Source: Candidatus Aldehydirespirator sp.
GTDB taxonomy: Bacteria > Actinomycetota > Acidimicrobiia > Acidimicrobiales > Aldehydirespiratoraceae
Length of the DNA: 64,000 nucleotides
Direction: 5' to 3'
Assembly (NCBI GenBank): GCA_965204875.1
Contig: OZ242020.1
Location: 2,027,729-2,091,728 of the forward strand
Shown: one piece after another, positions 45,317-55,518 of the stretch
Layout of the letters: each line of letters opens with the position of its first letter
How positions within the stretch are numbered: position 1 is the stretch's first letter
Translations under genes and position numbers: made by a program
Notes under the pieces: generated by a model
Databases searched by the model: none
Told to the model about the DNA's origin: nothing
Seen by the model: only the letters and a program-made list of their open reading frames with translations

Positions 45317-48300
45317 TCAGGGCAGGACTGCTTGCTGTAGGAGTTCTTGCTGCTCTTGGGCGTGCACGCGGGCGCTGCCGCTTGCGGGGCTGCCCGACTC
45401 GGGACGGCTCAGCCGGCGGATCCGGTGCGTGCCGGAATGCGCCTCGAACAGGCGGCCCTTCACCCCGTTCCATGCACCCATGTTCTCGGGCTCCTCCTGC
45501 ATCCAGACGATCTCACTGGCGTTGCGGTAGCGCCGCAACTCATGTTCCACGGCCGCGAAGGGCCACGGGAACAGCTGCTCCACCCGGCAGATCGCCACCG
45601 GCGAGCCGTGCTCGTTGCGCAACTCCATGGCGTCGTAGGCGACCTTGCCGCTGCAGAGGATCACCCGAGTCACCGGATCCGGGTCGACTCTCCCGGCCTC
45701 GACGTCGACATCGCCCAGAACCTCCTCGAAAGTGCCCGATATCAGCTCGGTCACCTGCGAGCGGGCCGTACGCCTGCGCAGCAGCGACTTGGGGGTGAAC
45801 ACGATCAGCGGCTTGCGCTGGTGCAGGATCATCTGGCGGCGCAACAGATGAAAGAACTGCGCGGCGGTGGTCGGCTGGCAGACCTGGATGTTGTCCTCGG
45901 CGGCAAGGGTGAGGAACCGCTCGATCCGCGCCGACGAGTGCTCGGGCCCCTGCCCCTCCATCCCGTGCGGCAACAGCAACACCAGGCCGCAGCGCTGCTG
46001 CCACTTGTCCTCCGCAGCGACGATGAACTGATCGATGATGATCTGGGCGCCGTTGGCGAAATCGCCGAACTGTGCCTCCCACAGCACCAGCGCCTCAGGC
46101 TTGGCGACGGCATAGCCGTATTCGAAGCCCAGCGCCGCGTACTCCGAGAGTATCGAGTCGTATATCCACAGGTTGCTGTCCTGCGTGCACAGCGCGCTGA
46201 GCGGGACGTACTGCTCGTTGGTGACGTAATCCACCAGCGTCGAGTGGCGGTGCGAGAAGGTTCCCCGGCCGCTGTCCTGGCCGCTGAGCCGCACCGAGGT
46301 GCCCTCCATCAGCAGCGAGCCGAAGGCCATCGCCTCGCCCAGACCCCAGTCGATCTCGCCGGAGCGGAACATCCGGTCGCGCTGCTCGAACTGCTTAGCC
46401 AGCTTGGGATGCACCGTGAACCCCGCAGGCACCGTGTTGAGCGCCCGGTAGACGCGCTCCACCGTGACCGAGTCCACGGCCGTGCGAACATGCGGCAGGA
46501 CGCCGATCGGCGCCGGCGGCGGCTTGGCCCTGATGTGGTCGCCGCCGGCGGCGTCCCGGGTCTCGTCGAGGGCGGCCTGCAGCTGCGCCCGGTACTCCCC
46601 GAGCGACTCGTCGGCCTCGGCAGCGGTGAGGTCGCCGCGCTTCATCAGCGCCTCGATGTACTGCTGGCGCACGGTCGGCTTGGCGTCGATGCGCCGGTAC
46701 ATCTCCGGCAGCGTGTAGCTGGGGTCGTCGCCCTCGTTGTGGCCGTGGCGCCGGTAGCAGATCATGTCGATCACGGCGTCCTTGTTGAACCGCTGGCGGT
46801 AGGCGAAGGCCAGGCGAGCCACCCGCACGCAGGCCTCCGGGTCGTCGCCGTTCACATGGAAGATCGGCGCGCCGACCATCTTGGCCACATCGGTGGAGTA
46901 CTGGGTGGAGCGGGCCGAGTCGGGGGTGGTGGTGAACCCGAGCTGGTTGTTGATCACCACATGGATCGTGCCGCCGACGCGGTAGCCCTTGATGAGTCCC
47001 AGGTTGAACGTCTCGGCCACCACGCCCTGGCCCGCGAAGGCGGCGTCGCCGTGCACCAGCACGGGCAGCACCGGATAGGGGCCGTAGCCGCCCTCGGGGG
47101 GGATGTTGTCCATGCGGGCGCGGGCCATGCCCACCACCACCGGATCGACCGCCTCCAGGTGCGACGGGTTGGCGGCGAGCTCCACGAGCAGGTTGCGACC
47201 CGACGGGCTCTGATAGGAGGCGATCTGGCCGAGGTGGTACTTGACGTCGCCGCTGCCCTGGATCTGATCCTCGGTGATGGCGCCCTCGAACTCCTTGAAC
47301 AGCTGCTGGTACGTCTTGTCCAGCAGGTTGACCAGGACGTTGAGGCGGCCCCGGTGGGCCATGCCCATGACCACCTCCGCCAGGGGCTCGTCGGCCGCCG
47401 CGGTGAGCAGCGAGTCCAGCAGCGGCATGGCCGACTCCGCGCCCTCGAGGCCGAAGCGCTTCTGGCCGACGTACTTGGTGCCGAGAAACGTGGAGAGGGC
47501 CTCCGCGGCATTGAGCATGGTCAGGATGCGGCGCTGGTCCTCGTGCTTGAGCTCGGTTTCGGCGCCCTCGATCTGCTCCTGCATCCAGCGCTTCTCCTCG
47601 GGCTCCTGGATGTGCATGTACTCCACGCCCACGGTGCGGCAGTAGGCGTCGCGCAGCACGCCCAGCAGGTCGCCCAGGGTCATGCGTGCAGCACCGCCGA
47701 CGGTGGCGTAGATGCCGGTGGAGCTGCCGGTGAGGAACTGGCGGTCGAGGTCCCAGATGGTCAGCCCGTAGGTCGCCGGGTCGAGCTCGGCGTGCATCAC
47801 GGGGGCCTCGTCGCGCAGCGGGTCGAGGTCGGCGATCAGGTGGCCGCGCACCCGGTACTGGTTGATCAGCTGGTTGACCTTTGCCTGCTTGTCGAGCATG
47901 GCCGCCTCGCGGTCGACCGGGTTGAAGTCGCGCCGCCACTTCACGGCCTCATAGGGGATGTGCAGCGAGCGGAACACCTTGTTGTAGAAGTCGTCGGCTC
48001 CGAGCAGCAGGTCGTGTACCTGCCGCAGGAAGAGGCCCGACTCGGCGCCCTGGATCACCCGGTGGTCGTAGGTGCTGGTGATGGTGACGAGCTTGCTCAC
48101 GCCGAGGTCGGCGAGCAGGGAGGGGTCGGCGGCCTCGTACTCGGTGGGGAACGCCAGCGCGCCCACGCCCACGATGGTGCCCTGCCCGAGCATCAGGCGC
48201 GGCACCGACTGGCGGGTGCCGATGGTGCCCGGGTTGGTGACCGTGACCGTGACGCCGCGCAGGTCATCGGCAGTCACACGGTTGTCGCGCACCTTGGCGA

Positions 48301-48928
48301 CCTGCTCCTCGTAGCGCTCCATGAAGGCCGCGAAGTCGAGCGTGTCGGCGTCGTGGATGCAGGGCACCATCAGCGTGCGGGTACCGTCGAGCCGGGGGAG
48401 GTCCACGGCGAGGCCCAGGCCGATGTGCTCGGGCCGCACCAGGCGGGGCCGCCCGTCGGCGTCGGTCGCATAGGTGCTGTTCATGAACGGCACGGCGTCG
48501 GCTATGGACCGCACGACGGCGTAGCCGATGAGGTGGGTGAACGACACCTTGCCGCCCAGCTTGCGGCTCAGGTGGCCGTTGATGATCTTGCGGTTGACCT
48601 CGAGCAGCTTGGCCGGGATGTCACGGAAGCTCGTGGCGGTCGGCACGGCCAGGCTGGCCTCCATGTTGGCCACGATGCGGGCGCCGACGCCGCGGATCGG
48701 CTCGCCGCCGGGCGTGTGGTCCGCGGCCGGGTCGGGCGCGGGCGCAGATGTCCGGCTCGGCGACGTCGGCGGGGTGGTGCGCTCGCCGCCCTCGAACAGA
48801 GCGCGCCAGTCGGCGTCCACCGAGGCCGGATCGTCCAGCCAGCGGTCCCGCATCTCGTCGATGATCCAGGCGTTGGCGCCGAGGGCGTCCCGACGCTCAG
48901 CGAGGCTCTGCCCATCCATCGGGTCCAA
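45317..48928 (-). CDS. kgd: multifunctional 2-oxoglutarate decarboxylase/dehydrogenase E1 with N-terminal E2-like acyltransferase domain
   Basis: 1203 aa. Acyltransferase catalytic motif YDHRVIQGAESG precedes a long TPP-dependent E1 body. This is the actinobacterial Kgd architecture. Confidence 0.9.
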   Translation of the reverse strand: MDPMDGQSLAERRDALGANAWIIDEMRDRWLDDPASVDADWRALFEGGERTTPPTSPSRTSAPAPDPAADHTPGGEPIRGVGARIVANMEASLAVPTATSFRDIPAKLLEVNRKIINGHLSRKLGGKVSFTHLIGYAVVRSIADAVPFMNSTYATDADGRPRLVRPEHIGLGLAVDLPRLDGTRTLMVPCIHDADTLDFAAFMERYEEQVAKVRDNRVTADDLRGVTVTVTNPGTIGTRQSVPRLMLGQGTIVGVGALAFPTEYEAADPSLLADLGVSKLVTITSTYDHRVIQGAESGLFLRQVHDLLLGADDFYNKVFRSLHIPYEAVKWRRDFNPVDREAAMLDKQAKVNQLINQYRVRGHLIADLDPLRDEAPVMHAELDPATYGLTIWDLDRQFLTGSSTGIYATVGGAARMTLGDLLGVLRDAYCRTVGVEYMHIQEPEEKRWMQEQIEGAETELKHEDQRRILTMLNAAEALSTFLGTKYVGQKRFGLEGAESAMPLLDSLLTAAADEPLAEVVMGMAHRGRLNVLVNLLDKTYQQLFKEFEGAITEDQIQGSGDVKYHLGQIASYQSPSGRNLLVELAANPSHLEAVDPVVVGMARARMDNIPPEGGYGPYPVLPVLVHGDAAFAGQGVVAETFNLGLIKGYRVGGTIHVVINNQLGFTTTPDSARSTQYSTDVAKMVGAPIFHVNGDDPEACVRVARLAFAYRQRFNKDAVIDMICYRRHGHNEGDDPSYTLPEMYRRIDAKPTVRQQYIEALMKRGDLTAAEADESLGEYRAQLQAALDETRDAAGGDHIRAKPPPAPIGVLPHVRTAVDSVTVERVYRALNTVPAGFTVHPKLAKQFEQRDRMFRSGEIDWGLGEAMAFGSLLMEGTSVRLSGQDSGRGTFSHRHSTLVDYVTNEQYVPLSALCTQDSNLWIYDSILSEYAALGFEYGYAVAKPEALVLWEAQFGDFANGAQIIIDQFIVAAEDKWQQRCGLVLLLPHGMEGQGPEHSSARIERFLTLAAEDNIQVCQPTTAAQFFHLLRRQMILHQRKPLIVFTPKSLLRRRTARSQVTELISGTFEEVLGDVDVEAGRVDPDPVTRVILCSGKVAYDAMELRNEHGSPVAICRVEQLFPWPFAAVEHELRRYRNASEIVWMQEEPENMGAWNGVKGRLFEAHSGTHRIRRLSRPESGSPASGSARVHAQEQQELLQQAVLP

Positions 48929-49098
48929 TCCTAGGACCGGGCTCGATCAGGCGACAGTCCTCGCCCCCGAGTCACTGATGCCACGGCACTGACATCGCGC
49001 GCCGCGCTGGCTGCTCCGACCGGCCCCGACCCATGCTCGGCTAGCGGCCCGCAGCCGGGTCTCGTCCGCATGTCCGGCCCGCGGGTCGCTGCGCAGGT

Positions 49099-49929
49099 AT
49101 GGTCAGCCGGGTGCGGGTAGCCACATGGAACGTCAACTCGCTCAAGGCGCGCCAGGCCCGCGTGGAGCGCTGGCTCGAGGCCTTCGCCCCCGACGTGGTG
49201 TGTCTCCAGGAGACCAAGCTGGCCGACGCCGCCTTCGGTGCCCTCGCCTTCGAGGCGCTCGGGTACGAGTCGTTCCACCATGGCGAGGGGCGCTGGAACG
49301 GCGTCGCCATTCTCAGCCGGGTCGGGATCACCGAGACGGTGGCCGGCTTCGGCGACGGGATCGAATCCGACACCGACGCACGGCTGGCCTGGGCGACCTG
49401 CGGGGGAGTGCGTGTCGCGTCGTGCTACGTGCCCAACGGCAGGGCGCTGGGACACGACCACTACCACTACAAGCTGAGCTGGCTGAGCCGGTTGAGGGAG
49501 TCGTTGGACGCGCAGGCCGACGCGGGTGCCCCCGCCGTGGTGTGTGGGGACTTCAACATCGCGCCCGAGGACCGCGATGTGTACGACCCGGCGGCGTTCA
49601 GCGACACGACACACACGAGCCCCGCCGAGCGGGAGGCGCTGGCGGCTCTGCTCGACTGGGGCCTGGCCGACCTGTTCCGGCTGCGCCACAGCCAGGGCGG
49701 CCTGTTCACATGGTGGGACTACCGCGCCGGCGACTTCCACAAGCGCCGTGGCATGCGCATCGACCTGATCCTCGGGACCCAAGCCGTTGCCGGGGCCGCG
49801 ACCTTCGCGCTCATCGACCGCAACGAGCGCAAGGGCCCCAAGAACGACCCCCCCAGCGACCACGCCCCCCTCTTCGTCGACCTCGACCTCGACACGACGT
49901 CGACCCCGTCGACCTTGACCTCGACTTGA
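49099..49929 (+). CDS. xthA: exodeoxyribonuclease III
   Basis: 276 aa. Has VATWNVNSL, CLQETK, GDFNIAP and SDHAP. Confidence 0.85.
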   Translation: MVSRVRVATWNVNSLKARQARVERWLEAFAPDVVCLQETKLADAAFGALAFEALGYESFHHGEGRWNGVAILSRVGITETVAGFGDGIESDTDARLAWATCGGVRVASCYVPNGRALGHDHYHYKLSWLSRLRESLDAQADAGAPAVVCGDFNIAPEDRDVYDPAAFSDTTHTSPAEREALAALLDWGLADLFRLRHSQGGLFTWWDYRAGDFHKRRGMRIDLILGTQAVAGAATFALIDRNERKGPKNDPPSDHAPLFVDLDLDTTSTPSTLTST

Positions 49930-50011
49930 ATGTAGGCGGCATGCGGGCACCCGAAGCTCATACGTTCGTCGACGCCGATCTCGACCTCTTCGTTGACCTA
50001 GGGATCGAGCC

Positions 50012-52267
50012 GTGCTGACGCCGCTGGACGAGCATGCGCTGCTCGTGTTCTGGACGCAGATGCTGGTGCTCGTGGTAGCGGCCAGGGCGTCCGCCTATGT
50101 GATGAGGCGCGTTGGGCTGCCGTCGGTCATCGGGCACCTTGCGGCGGGCGTGATCCTCGGCCCGTCGGTCTTCGGGCAGCTCTGGGAGAGCGGCTTCGAG
50201 TGGTTCCTCCCGCCCGAGGAGATCTCCTCGGGCGCCCTGTTCGCGGTCACCTGGGTGGGGGTGGCGCTGCTGCTGGTGACGGCCGGGTTCGAGACCGACC
50301 TGGGACTGATACGCCGCCTCGGGCGTGCTGCCGCGCTGGTGACCGGCTTCAGCCTGGTCGTGCCCCTGCTGGGAGGCCTCGTGACCGGGCTGCTGCTGCC
50401 CGACGCCTTCGTGGGCGGCGGCGCCGACCGCACGGTGTTCGCGCTCTTCGTGGCTGCGGCACTGTCGGTGTCGGCCTTGGCGGTGATCGCCCGCATCCTG
50501 TCGGAGCTGGGCCTGATGAGGCGCGACTTCGGGCAGATCACCGTTGCCGCGGGAATGGCCAACGACGTGGTCGGCTGGGTGATGCTCGCCGTGTTCGCAG
50601 GGTTCGCCACCGCCGGGGAGGTGTCGCTGCTCGGGACGCTGCGCACGGTGGTCGGGCTCGGCCTGTTCCTGGTGCTGGCGATGACGCTCGGTCAGCGCGC
50701 CATTGACGCCGGCCTGCGCCGGGTCCGCCGCGACGGCCCCAACCTGCCCGGCGCGCTCGGCATCGCCGTGGTGGCGATGCTGTCGTTCGGGGTGGCGACG
50801 CAGGCCCTGGGTATCGAGGCCGTGCTCGGCGCCTTCGTGGCCGGGGTCGTGCTGAACCGGTCCCGCTTCCAGCAGCACGAGGTGGCCGAGCACATCGAGT
50901 CGCTCACCAACGCGTTCCTGGCCCCCGTGTTCTTCGCCACCGCCGGCTTGCGGGTGGACCTCTCGCTGCTCGCCGATGCCGAGACGCTGGGGTGGGCCGG
51001 CGTGGTCATGGCGGTGGCCATCGTCGCCAAGTTCGCCGGAGCGTTCATCGGGGCGCGGCTCGCCGGGCAGTCCCAGCGTGCCGCGGTGGCGCTCGGAGCG
51101 GGCCTCAACGCCCGCGGCGCCCTCGAGATCGTCATCGCCTCGGTCGGGCTTTCGCTGGGGGTGTTTAACGAGACCGCCTACACGGTCATCGTGATCGTGC
51201 CGCTGATCACCTCGGTCTTCGCCGCGGCCAGCCTGCGCCTGGCAGTGCGGGATTGGAGGGGGTCCCCAGCCGAGCGCGAGCGCCTGGAGCGGGAGGAGGC
51301 GCTGAGCCGCAACCTGGTGGTGCGCTCCTCGCGGCTGCTGCTGGCATCGCGAGCCGAGCCGGCCTCGATAGCCGCCGCGCAGCTCATGCACTTCGCCTGG
51401 CCGGTGCAGGTGCCCGCCACCGTCATGTCCGTCGTCTCCGAGCCGGTTCACGATGGCTCCCACGATCCCGCCGGCCCGGCGGCCGGTGGAGACCGCAGTC
51501 CCGACATCACGGTAATCCGCAACGTGCTCGACGGGCGCGACATCGACCATCGCAAGGTGCGGGCCGCAAGCGGCAGCGGCGCAGTGGTGGCCGACGCCAT
51601 CGTGGCCGAGGCCCGTCTCGGCTACGGGGCGATCTGCGTGGGCGTGGCCGGACGCCACGAGGGGCAGCTGTACTCGCCGATGGTCGACGAGCTGCTGCTG
51701 CGCTCGCCGCTGCCGCTGGTGATCGTGCGGCGGGCGCGCGGCCTGACCACGCCGCTGCCGGGCGCGTTCACCCGTGCGGTGGTGCCGGTCACCGGAACCC
51801 GGTCTTCGACGGCCGCCCAGGAGGTCGCCTTCGGCGTGAGCCGCCAGCTGGGAACCGAGATAGTGCTCACGCACGTGGTGCAGAGGCAGCGTCCGCGGGT
51901 TGTGGATGCCGCCCGGCAGATCGCCCCCGCCCAGCTGGTCGACACCCGCCTGGCGAGGCGTGTGCTCGGCGAGGCTCGCAGCGACCCGACCCGGGGCGTG
52001 ACGGAAGCGCTGATGGACTCCGCGGTGGCTCGGGGCGCCGAGATGGGCGTGGCCGCCCGGACGCTGGTGGCAGAGGGCCGATCACCGGCGTCGATGCTGG
52101 TCTCCGTGGCCGAGGAGGTGGAGGCCGATCTGGTGGTGCTCGGCGCGTCGTTGCGCCATGTGGACGGACGCCCGTTCCTGGGCCACACCGTGGAGACTGT
52201 GCTGGAGCAGAGCAACGCCAATGTCGTGGTGGTGGCCATGCCCCGCGATGCTGCGGTCAGCGGTTGA
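50012..52267 (+). CDS. CPA2-type cation:proton antiporter fused to C-terminal universal-stress-protein-like domains
   Basis: 751 aa. GLPSVIGHLAAGVILGP and multiple TM helices, then two USP-like halves ending ...ANVVVVAMP. Confidence 0.8.
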   Translation: MLTPLDEHALLVFWTQMLVLVVAARASAYVMRRVGLPSVIGHLAAGVILGPSVFGQLWESGFEWFLPPEEISSGALFAVTWVGVALLLVTAGFETDLGLIRRLGRAAALVTGFSLVVPLLGGLVTGLLLPDAFVGGGADRTVFALFVAAALSVSALAVIARILSELGLMRRDFGQITVAAGMANDVVGWVMLAVFAGFATAGEVSLLGTLRTVVGLGLFLVLAMTLGQRAIDAGLRRVRRDGPNLPGALGIAVVAMLSFGVATQALGIEAVLGAFVAGVVLNRSRFQQHEVAEHIESLTNAFLAPVFFATAGLRVDLSLLADAETLGWAGVVMAVAIVAKFAGAFIGARLAGQSQRAAVALGAGLNARGALEIVIASVGLSLGVFNETAYTVIVIVPLITSVFAAASLRLAVRDWRGSPAERERLEREEALSRNLVVRSSRLLLASRAEPASIAAAQLMHFAWPVQVPATVMSVVSEPVHDGSHDPAGPAAGGDRSPDITVIRNVLDGRDIDHRKVRAASGSGAVVADAIVAEARLGYGAICVGVAGRHEGQLYSPMVDELLLRSPLPLVIVRRARGLTTPLPGAFTRAVVPVTGTRSSTAAQEVAFGVSRQLGTEIVLTHVVQRQRPRVVDAARQIAPAQLVDTRLARRVLGEARSDPTRGVTEALMDSAVARGAEMGVAARTLVAEGRSPASMLVSVAEEVEADLVVLGASLRHVDGRPFLGHTVETVLEQSNANVVVVAMPRDAAVSG

Positions 52268-52468
52268 CGCGGCCCTGCCTGCGCGGGCATTCCGCAGCTT
52301 GCCTGCGCGGGGATTCGGGGGCCGGCCTGCGGTTGCGGCGGCGGAGGGTTGTTGGTATTGTGTGGTTTGCTGCTGTGTCAGCTCCTCTGCGTGTGTGATA
52401 CCGCAGCCTCGGTGCAGCCTTCGTGGTGCCCCAACCCAACACCGGCTAAGGCCGAAGGAGGCCCCGAG

Positions 52469-53158
52469 ATGGTCACGACTCAAGCGCAGCGGGCCGTGTT
52501 GCGCACGAAGTTGGTGGAACTGATGGATCAGGAAGCCGCAGACATCCTTATGGATCAACTCCCGCCCGCGGGGTGGGAGCAGATGGCCACCAAGGACGAC
52601 CTCGCCAACACCGAGCAGCGCCTGCAAGCCGCGCTCCAGACCGCCATGGCCGAGACCAACATGAAGTTCGCCGAGGTGTACACGGTCATGCAGGCCGGAT
52701 TCGCCGAGGCCGCCAGGGAGCGGGCTGTCCTGGCGGCTGGGCTTGCCGAGGTCAAGGCGGTCTTGGCTGTGGTCGTGAAGGATCAGGCTGACTTGGCTGC
52801 TGGTCTCGCTGAGACCAATAGAGCGTTGGCCAAGGTCGTGGAAGATCAGGCTGTCTTGGCTGCTGGTCTCGCTGAGACCAATAGGGCGTTGGCCAAGGTT
52901 GTGGAAGATCAGGCTGTCTTGGCTGCTGGGCTTGATGAGGTCAGAGCGGTTTTGGCTGTGGTTGTGAAGGATCAGGCTGTCTTGGCGGCTGGGCTTGCGG
53001 AGACCAACGCGGCTTTGGAAAGATACCGCGCCGAGGCCTCCATGGAGCGAGCCAAGATCGTGAGGGCCCAAGCCAGGCAACTCTTCGCCATCGCCGCCAC
53101 CTTTGTGGCCTCCACCGCCTCGATCCTGATCGCACTGGTCAACGGTGCCGGCGCCTGA
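52469..53158 (+). CDS. coiled-coil repeat protein with a C-terminal TM anchor
   Basis: 229 aa from the ATG at 52469. About six 20-aa repeats of the form AVLAAGLAE(T/V)N(R/A)ALAKVVEDQ. C-terminal LFAIAATFVASTASILIALV. Confidence 0.5.
   Translation: MVTTQAQRAVLRTKLVELMDQEAADILMDQLPPAGWEQMATKDDLANTEQRLQAALQTAMAETNMKFAEVYTVMQAGFAEAARERAVLAAGLAEVKAVLAVVVKDQADLAAGLAETNRALAKVVEDQAVLAAGLAETNRALAKVVEDQAVLAAGLDEVRAVLAVVVKDQAVLAAGLAETNAALERYRAEASMERAKIVRAQARQLFAIAATFVASTASILIALVNGAGA
52736..53010. repeat. 60-bp in-frame tandem repeat (about 4.5 copies) inside the coiled-coil gene
   Basis: Units 52796-52855 and 52856-52915 differ at 2 positions. Flanking units are more diverged. Confidence 0.85.
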
Positions 53159-53215
53159 TCATCGATGGTGCCCCGCCCGGCGTTGGGACTCGTGTGCGGT
53201 TGTGTACCGACTTCC

Positions 53216-54925
53216 TTACGCGGGTCTCTCGGGCCTCGGCGGCAGCGCCCGGCGAGCCGTGGTGACGGCTTCGAGCGGGTCGACGCGATCCGGCCGGCCC
53301 TCAGCGTCGGCTGCGGAGGCGATGGCGTCCAGCCAGGGTGACCGGTCGCGCTCCACGCTGCGCCCCGCGACGTCGCGCCGCGGGCACCACATCGCGTGAA
53401 GCTCCTGCTCGGCGCGGGTGACGGCCACATACAGCAGGCGGCGCTCCTCGGCCCGAGCCGCTGCGGAGCGTGCGTGTGCGATGGGCACGAGTCCGTCCTC
53501 GAGGCCCACGATGTGCACGACCGGCCACTGGAGTCCCTTGGCCGAGTGGAAGGTGAGCAGGTTGACGCCGTCGGAGGAGGCGGCCGGGCGATCGCCCGAC
53601 GACAGCGTGGCGCGAAAGGCTCCGACGGTGGCGTCGGGCTCCAGCGTCAGATGGTCTTGCGCCAGTTCCAGCAGCGCCTCGACGTCGGCGCGTGCGTCGC
53701 CGGCGTGAAGCTCCCCGCGGCAGTCGGCCAGGCAGGCCGAGAGGCTCGCGCCCTCCGGCCACGACCCGAGCAGGGTCGCCACCGCGGCCCTCTCCAGCAG
53801 GCTGCCGTCGCTCTGGGAGACCACCGGTATGTTCTGGCGCTCCAGGGCCTGCCGCAGCCCGATGAGCTGGTCGTTGGTGCGGGCCAGCACCGCCTGCCGG
53901 CGCCACGGCGCGCCCGGACGGTGCCGCCGGCGGACCGCGCGGACCAGCACAGCCGCCTCGTCAGCGCCGTCGCACACCGTCACCTCCGGCACCTTGCCCG
54001 ATGGCCTCACCGAGGGCTGCGGCGCCTTGCCCGCGACCCGTCCCGCCGCCTCCAGCACCTCCGGCGTGGAGCGGAAGTTCGTGCGCAGGTGCAGCACGGC
54101 GCAGCCGGCGAAGTGCTCCGCGACGTTGCCGATCAGCTCGGGGTCCGCGCCGTTCCATCCGTATATCGCCTGGTCGGGGTCGCCGACCGCCAGCAGCGTC
54201 GAGTCCGGCCCCAGCCATGACCGCAGCAGCGCGAACTGCAGGGGGTTGATGTCCTGGAACTCGTCGACGAGGACGTGCTGGTGCAGCCAGCGCCGGGCTG
54301 CGGCGTGCCTGGGCTGGGTCGTCATCAGGTCGAGGGCGTCGGCCAGTACATCGTCGAAGTCGAGCATCCGCTGCCTGTGCTTGGCCGATTCGTAGTCGGC
54401 GTACAGCTGGGCGAAGCGGTCGGCGCCGCCGGCCGGCGGCCTGCGGCCTGCTTGCTTGGCGGCCGCGGGGTATCGCTCGGGGGTGACGAGCCGAGCCTTG
54501 GCCCAGCCGATCTCGTTGGCCGTGTCGGTGATGGCCTTGGGGCTCGACCTGGGACGGAGCTCTGCGATCAGTCTGCGGGGGCCGGCCAGGATGCGCGGCG
54601 GGCGCTGGGAGTTGTCGGCTGCGTGACGCCGCAGCTGGGCGAGCGCGATGGCGTGGAAGGTGCCAGCTGAGACGGCGTCATTGAGGCCCAGACGGCGCAG
54701 CCGCGCACGCAGCTCGCGCGCGGCGCGCCGGGTGAAGGTGACGGCGAGCATGCGCCGGGGATCGGCCCGACCCTGATCGGCCTGCCAGGCGATCCGTGTG
54801 GTCAGCACCCGGGTCTTTCCCGAGCCCGCACCGGCGATGATGCACAGCGGGGTGGCTCGCGTGGTGACGGCGTCACGCTGCTCTCCGGTGAGTCCCGCAA
54901 GCAACGGGTGCTCCTCGCCAGCCAC
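53216..54925 (-). CDS. UvrD/Rep-family ATP-dependent DNA helicase (short form)
   Basis: 569 aa. Has IIAGAGSGKT, VDEFQD and a C-terminal YVAVTRA. Confidence 0.8.
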   Translation of the reverse strand: MAGEEHPLLAGLTGEQRDAVTTRATPLCIIAGAGSGKTRVLTTRIAWQADQGRADPRRMLAVTFTRRAARELRARLRRLGLNDAVSAGTFHAIALAQLRRHAADNSQRPPRILAGPRRLIAELRPRSSPKAITDTANEIGWAKARLVTPERYPAAAKQAGRRPPAGGADRFAQLYADYESAKHRQRMLDFDDVLADALDLMTTQPRHAAARRWLHQHVLVDEFQDINPLQFALLRSWLGPDSTLLAVGDPDQAIYGWNGADPELIGNVAEHFAGCAVLHLRTNFRSTPEVLEAAGRVAGKAPQPSVRPSGKVPEVTVCDGADEAAVLVRAVRRRHRPGAPWRRQAVLARTNDQLIGLRQALERQNIPVVSQSDGSLLERAAVATLLGSWPEGASLSACLADCRGELHAGDARADVEALLELAQDHLTLEPDATVGAFRATLSSGDRPAASSDGVNLLTFHSAKGLQWPVVHIVGLEDGLVPIAHARSAAARAEERRLLYVAVTRAEQELHAMWCPRRDVAGRSVERDRSPWLDAIASAADAEGRPDRVDPLEAVTTARRALPPRPERPA

Positions 54926-54972
54926 GTCGCGACCCTACGACCCCCGCCCCCTCGGACCTTGGCCGGCGGGGA

Positions 54973-55356
54973 TTGCGGGGCCGCGGCGGGTGGGCTGGGT
55001 ACGGTCGGGTGGTGCTGGTGCTGGCAGAGGACCGCTTCGAGCAGCTGGTGGCGCAGGCTCTCGACTCGCTGCCCCCGGCGCTGGGCGGGCTGATGGACAA
55101 CGTCGCGGTGGTCGTCGAGGACGCTCATCCGACCGAGGAGCTGCTGGGTCTCTACGAGGGGGTGCCCCTCACGGAGCGGACGGATTATGGCGGTTGGGCG
55201 ATGCCCGACAGGATCACCCTCTACCGGCTGGCGATCTGCGCCGTGTGCGACACCGAGGACGAGCTGTTCGAGGAGATCACGGTCACGGTGGTGCATGAGG
55301 TCGCACACCATTTCGGCCTCGACGACGACACCCTGCACGAGCTCGGCTGGGGATGA
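54973..55356 (+). CDS. small zinc metallopeptidase-family protein
   Basis: HEVAHHFG (HExxH) lies near the C-terminus. The start is probably one of the GTGs at 55009-55018. Confidence 0.65.
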   Translation: MRGRGGWAGYGRVVLVLAEDRFEQLVAQALDSLPPALGGLMDNVAVVVEDAHPTEELLGLYEGVPLTERTDYGGWAMPDRITLYRLAICAVCDTEDELFEEITVTVVHEVAHHFGLDDDTLHELGWG

Positions 55357-55411
55357 GGCCGCGCCCTGGGTGGCGGGACGTCGAGTGTCGGGCTACGGTC
55401 ATGCCTGACAA

Positions 55412-55516
55412 CCACAACACCGGGGAGCTCGGGACAGCCGGGCTGAGAGGGCATCCGCGCCAGTGCAGCGGTGTCGACCCGCCGACCTGATCTGGGTAAT
55501 GCCAGCGGAGGAAGCC
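55412..55516 (+). promoter_or_regulatory. TPP (THI-box) riboswitch
   Basis: Has ggggagc...ctgaga (55443-55448)...acctgatctgggtaatgccagcg (55485-55507) gaggaag. These match the conserved THI-element cores and sit directly upstream of the thiamine-type ABC operon. Confidence 0.8.
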
Positions 55517-55518
55517 CC

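Noticed and set aside
45347-48934. 1195-aa ORF on the plus strand
   Set aside because: It is antisense to kgd. The translation is Arg/Gly/His/Val-rich low complexity with no motifs. This is a classic shadow ORF of high-G+C DNA, whereas the minus-strand product is an unmistakable Kgd.
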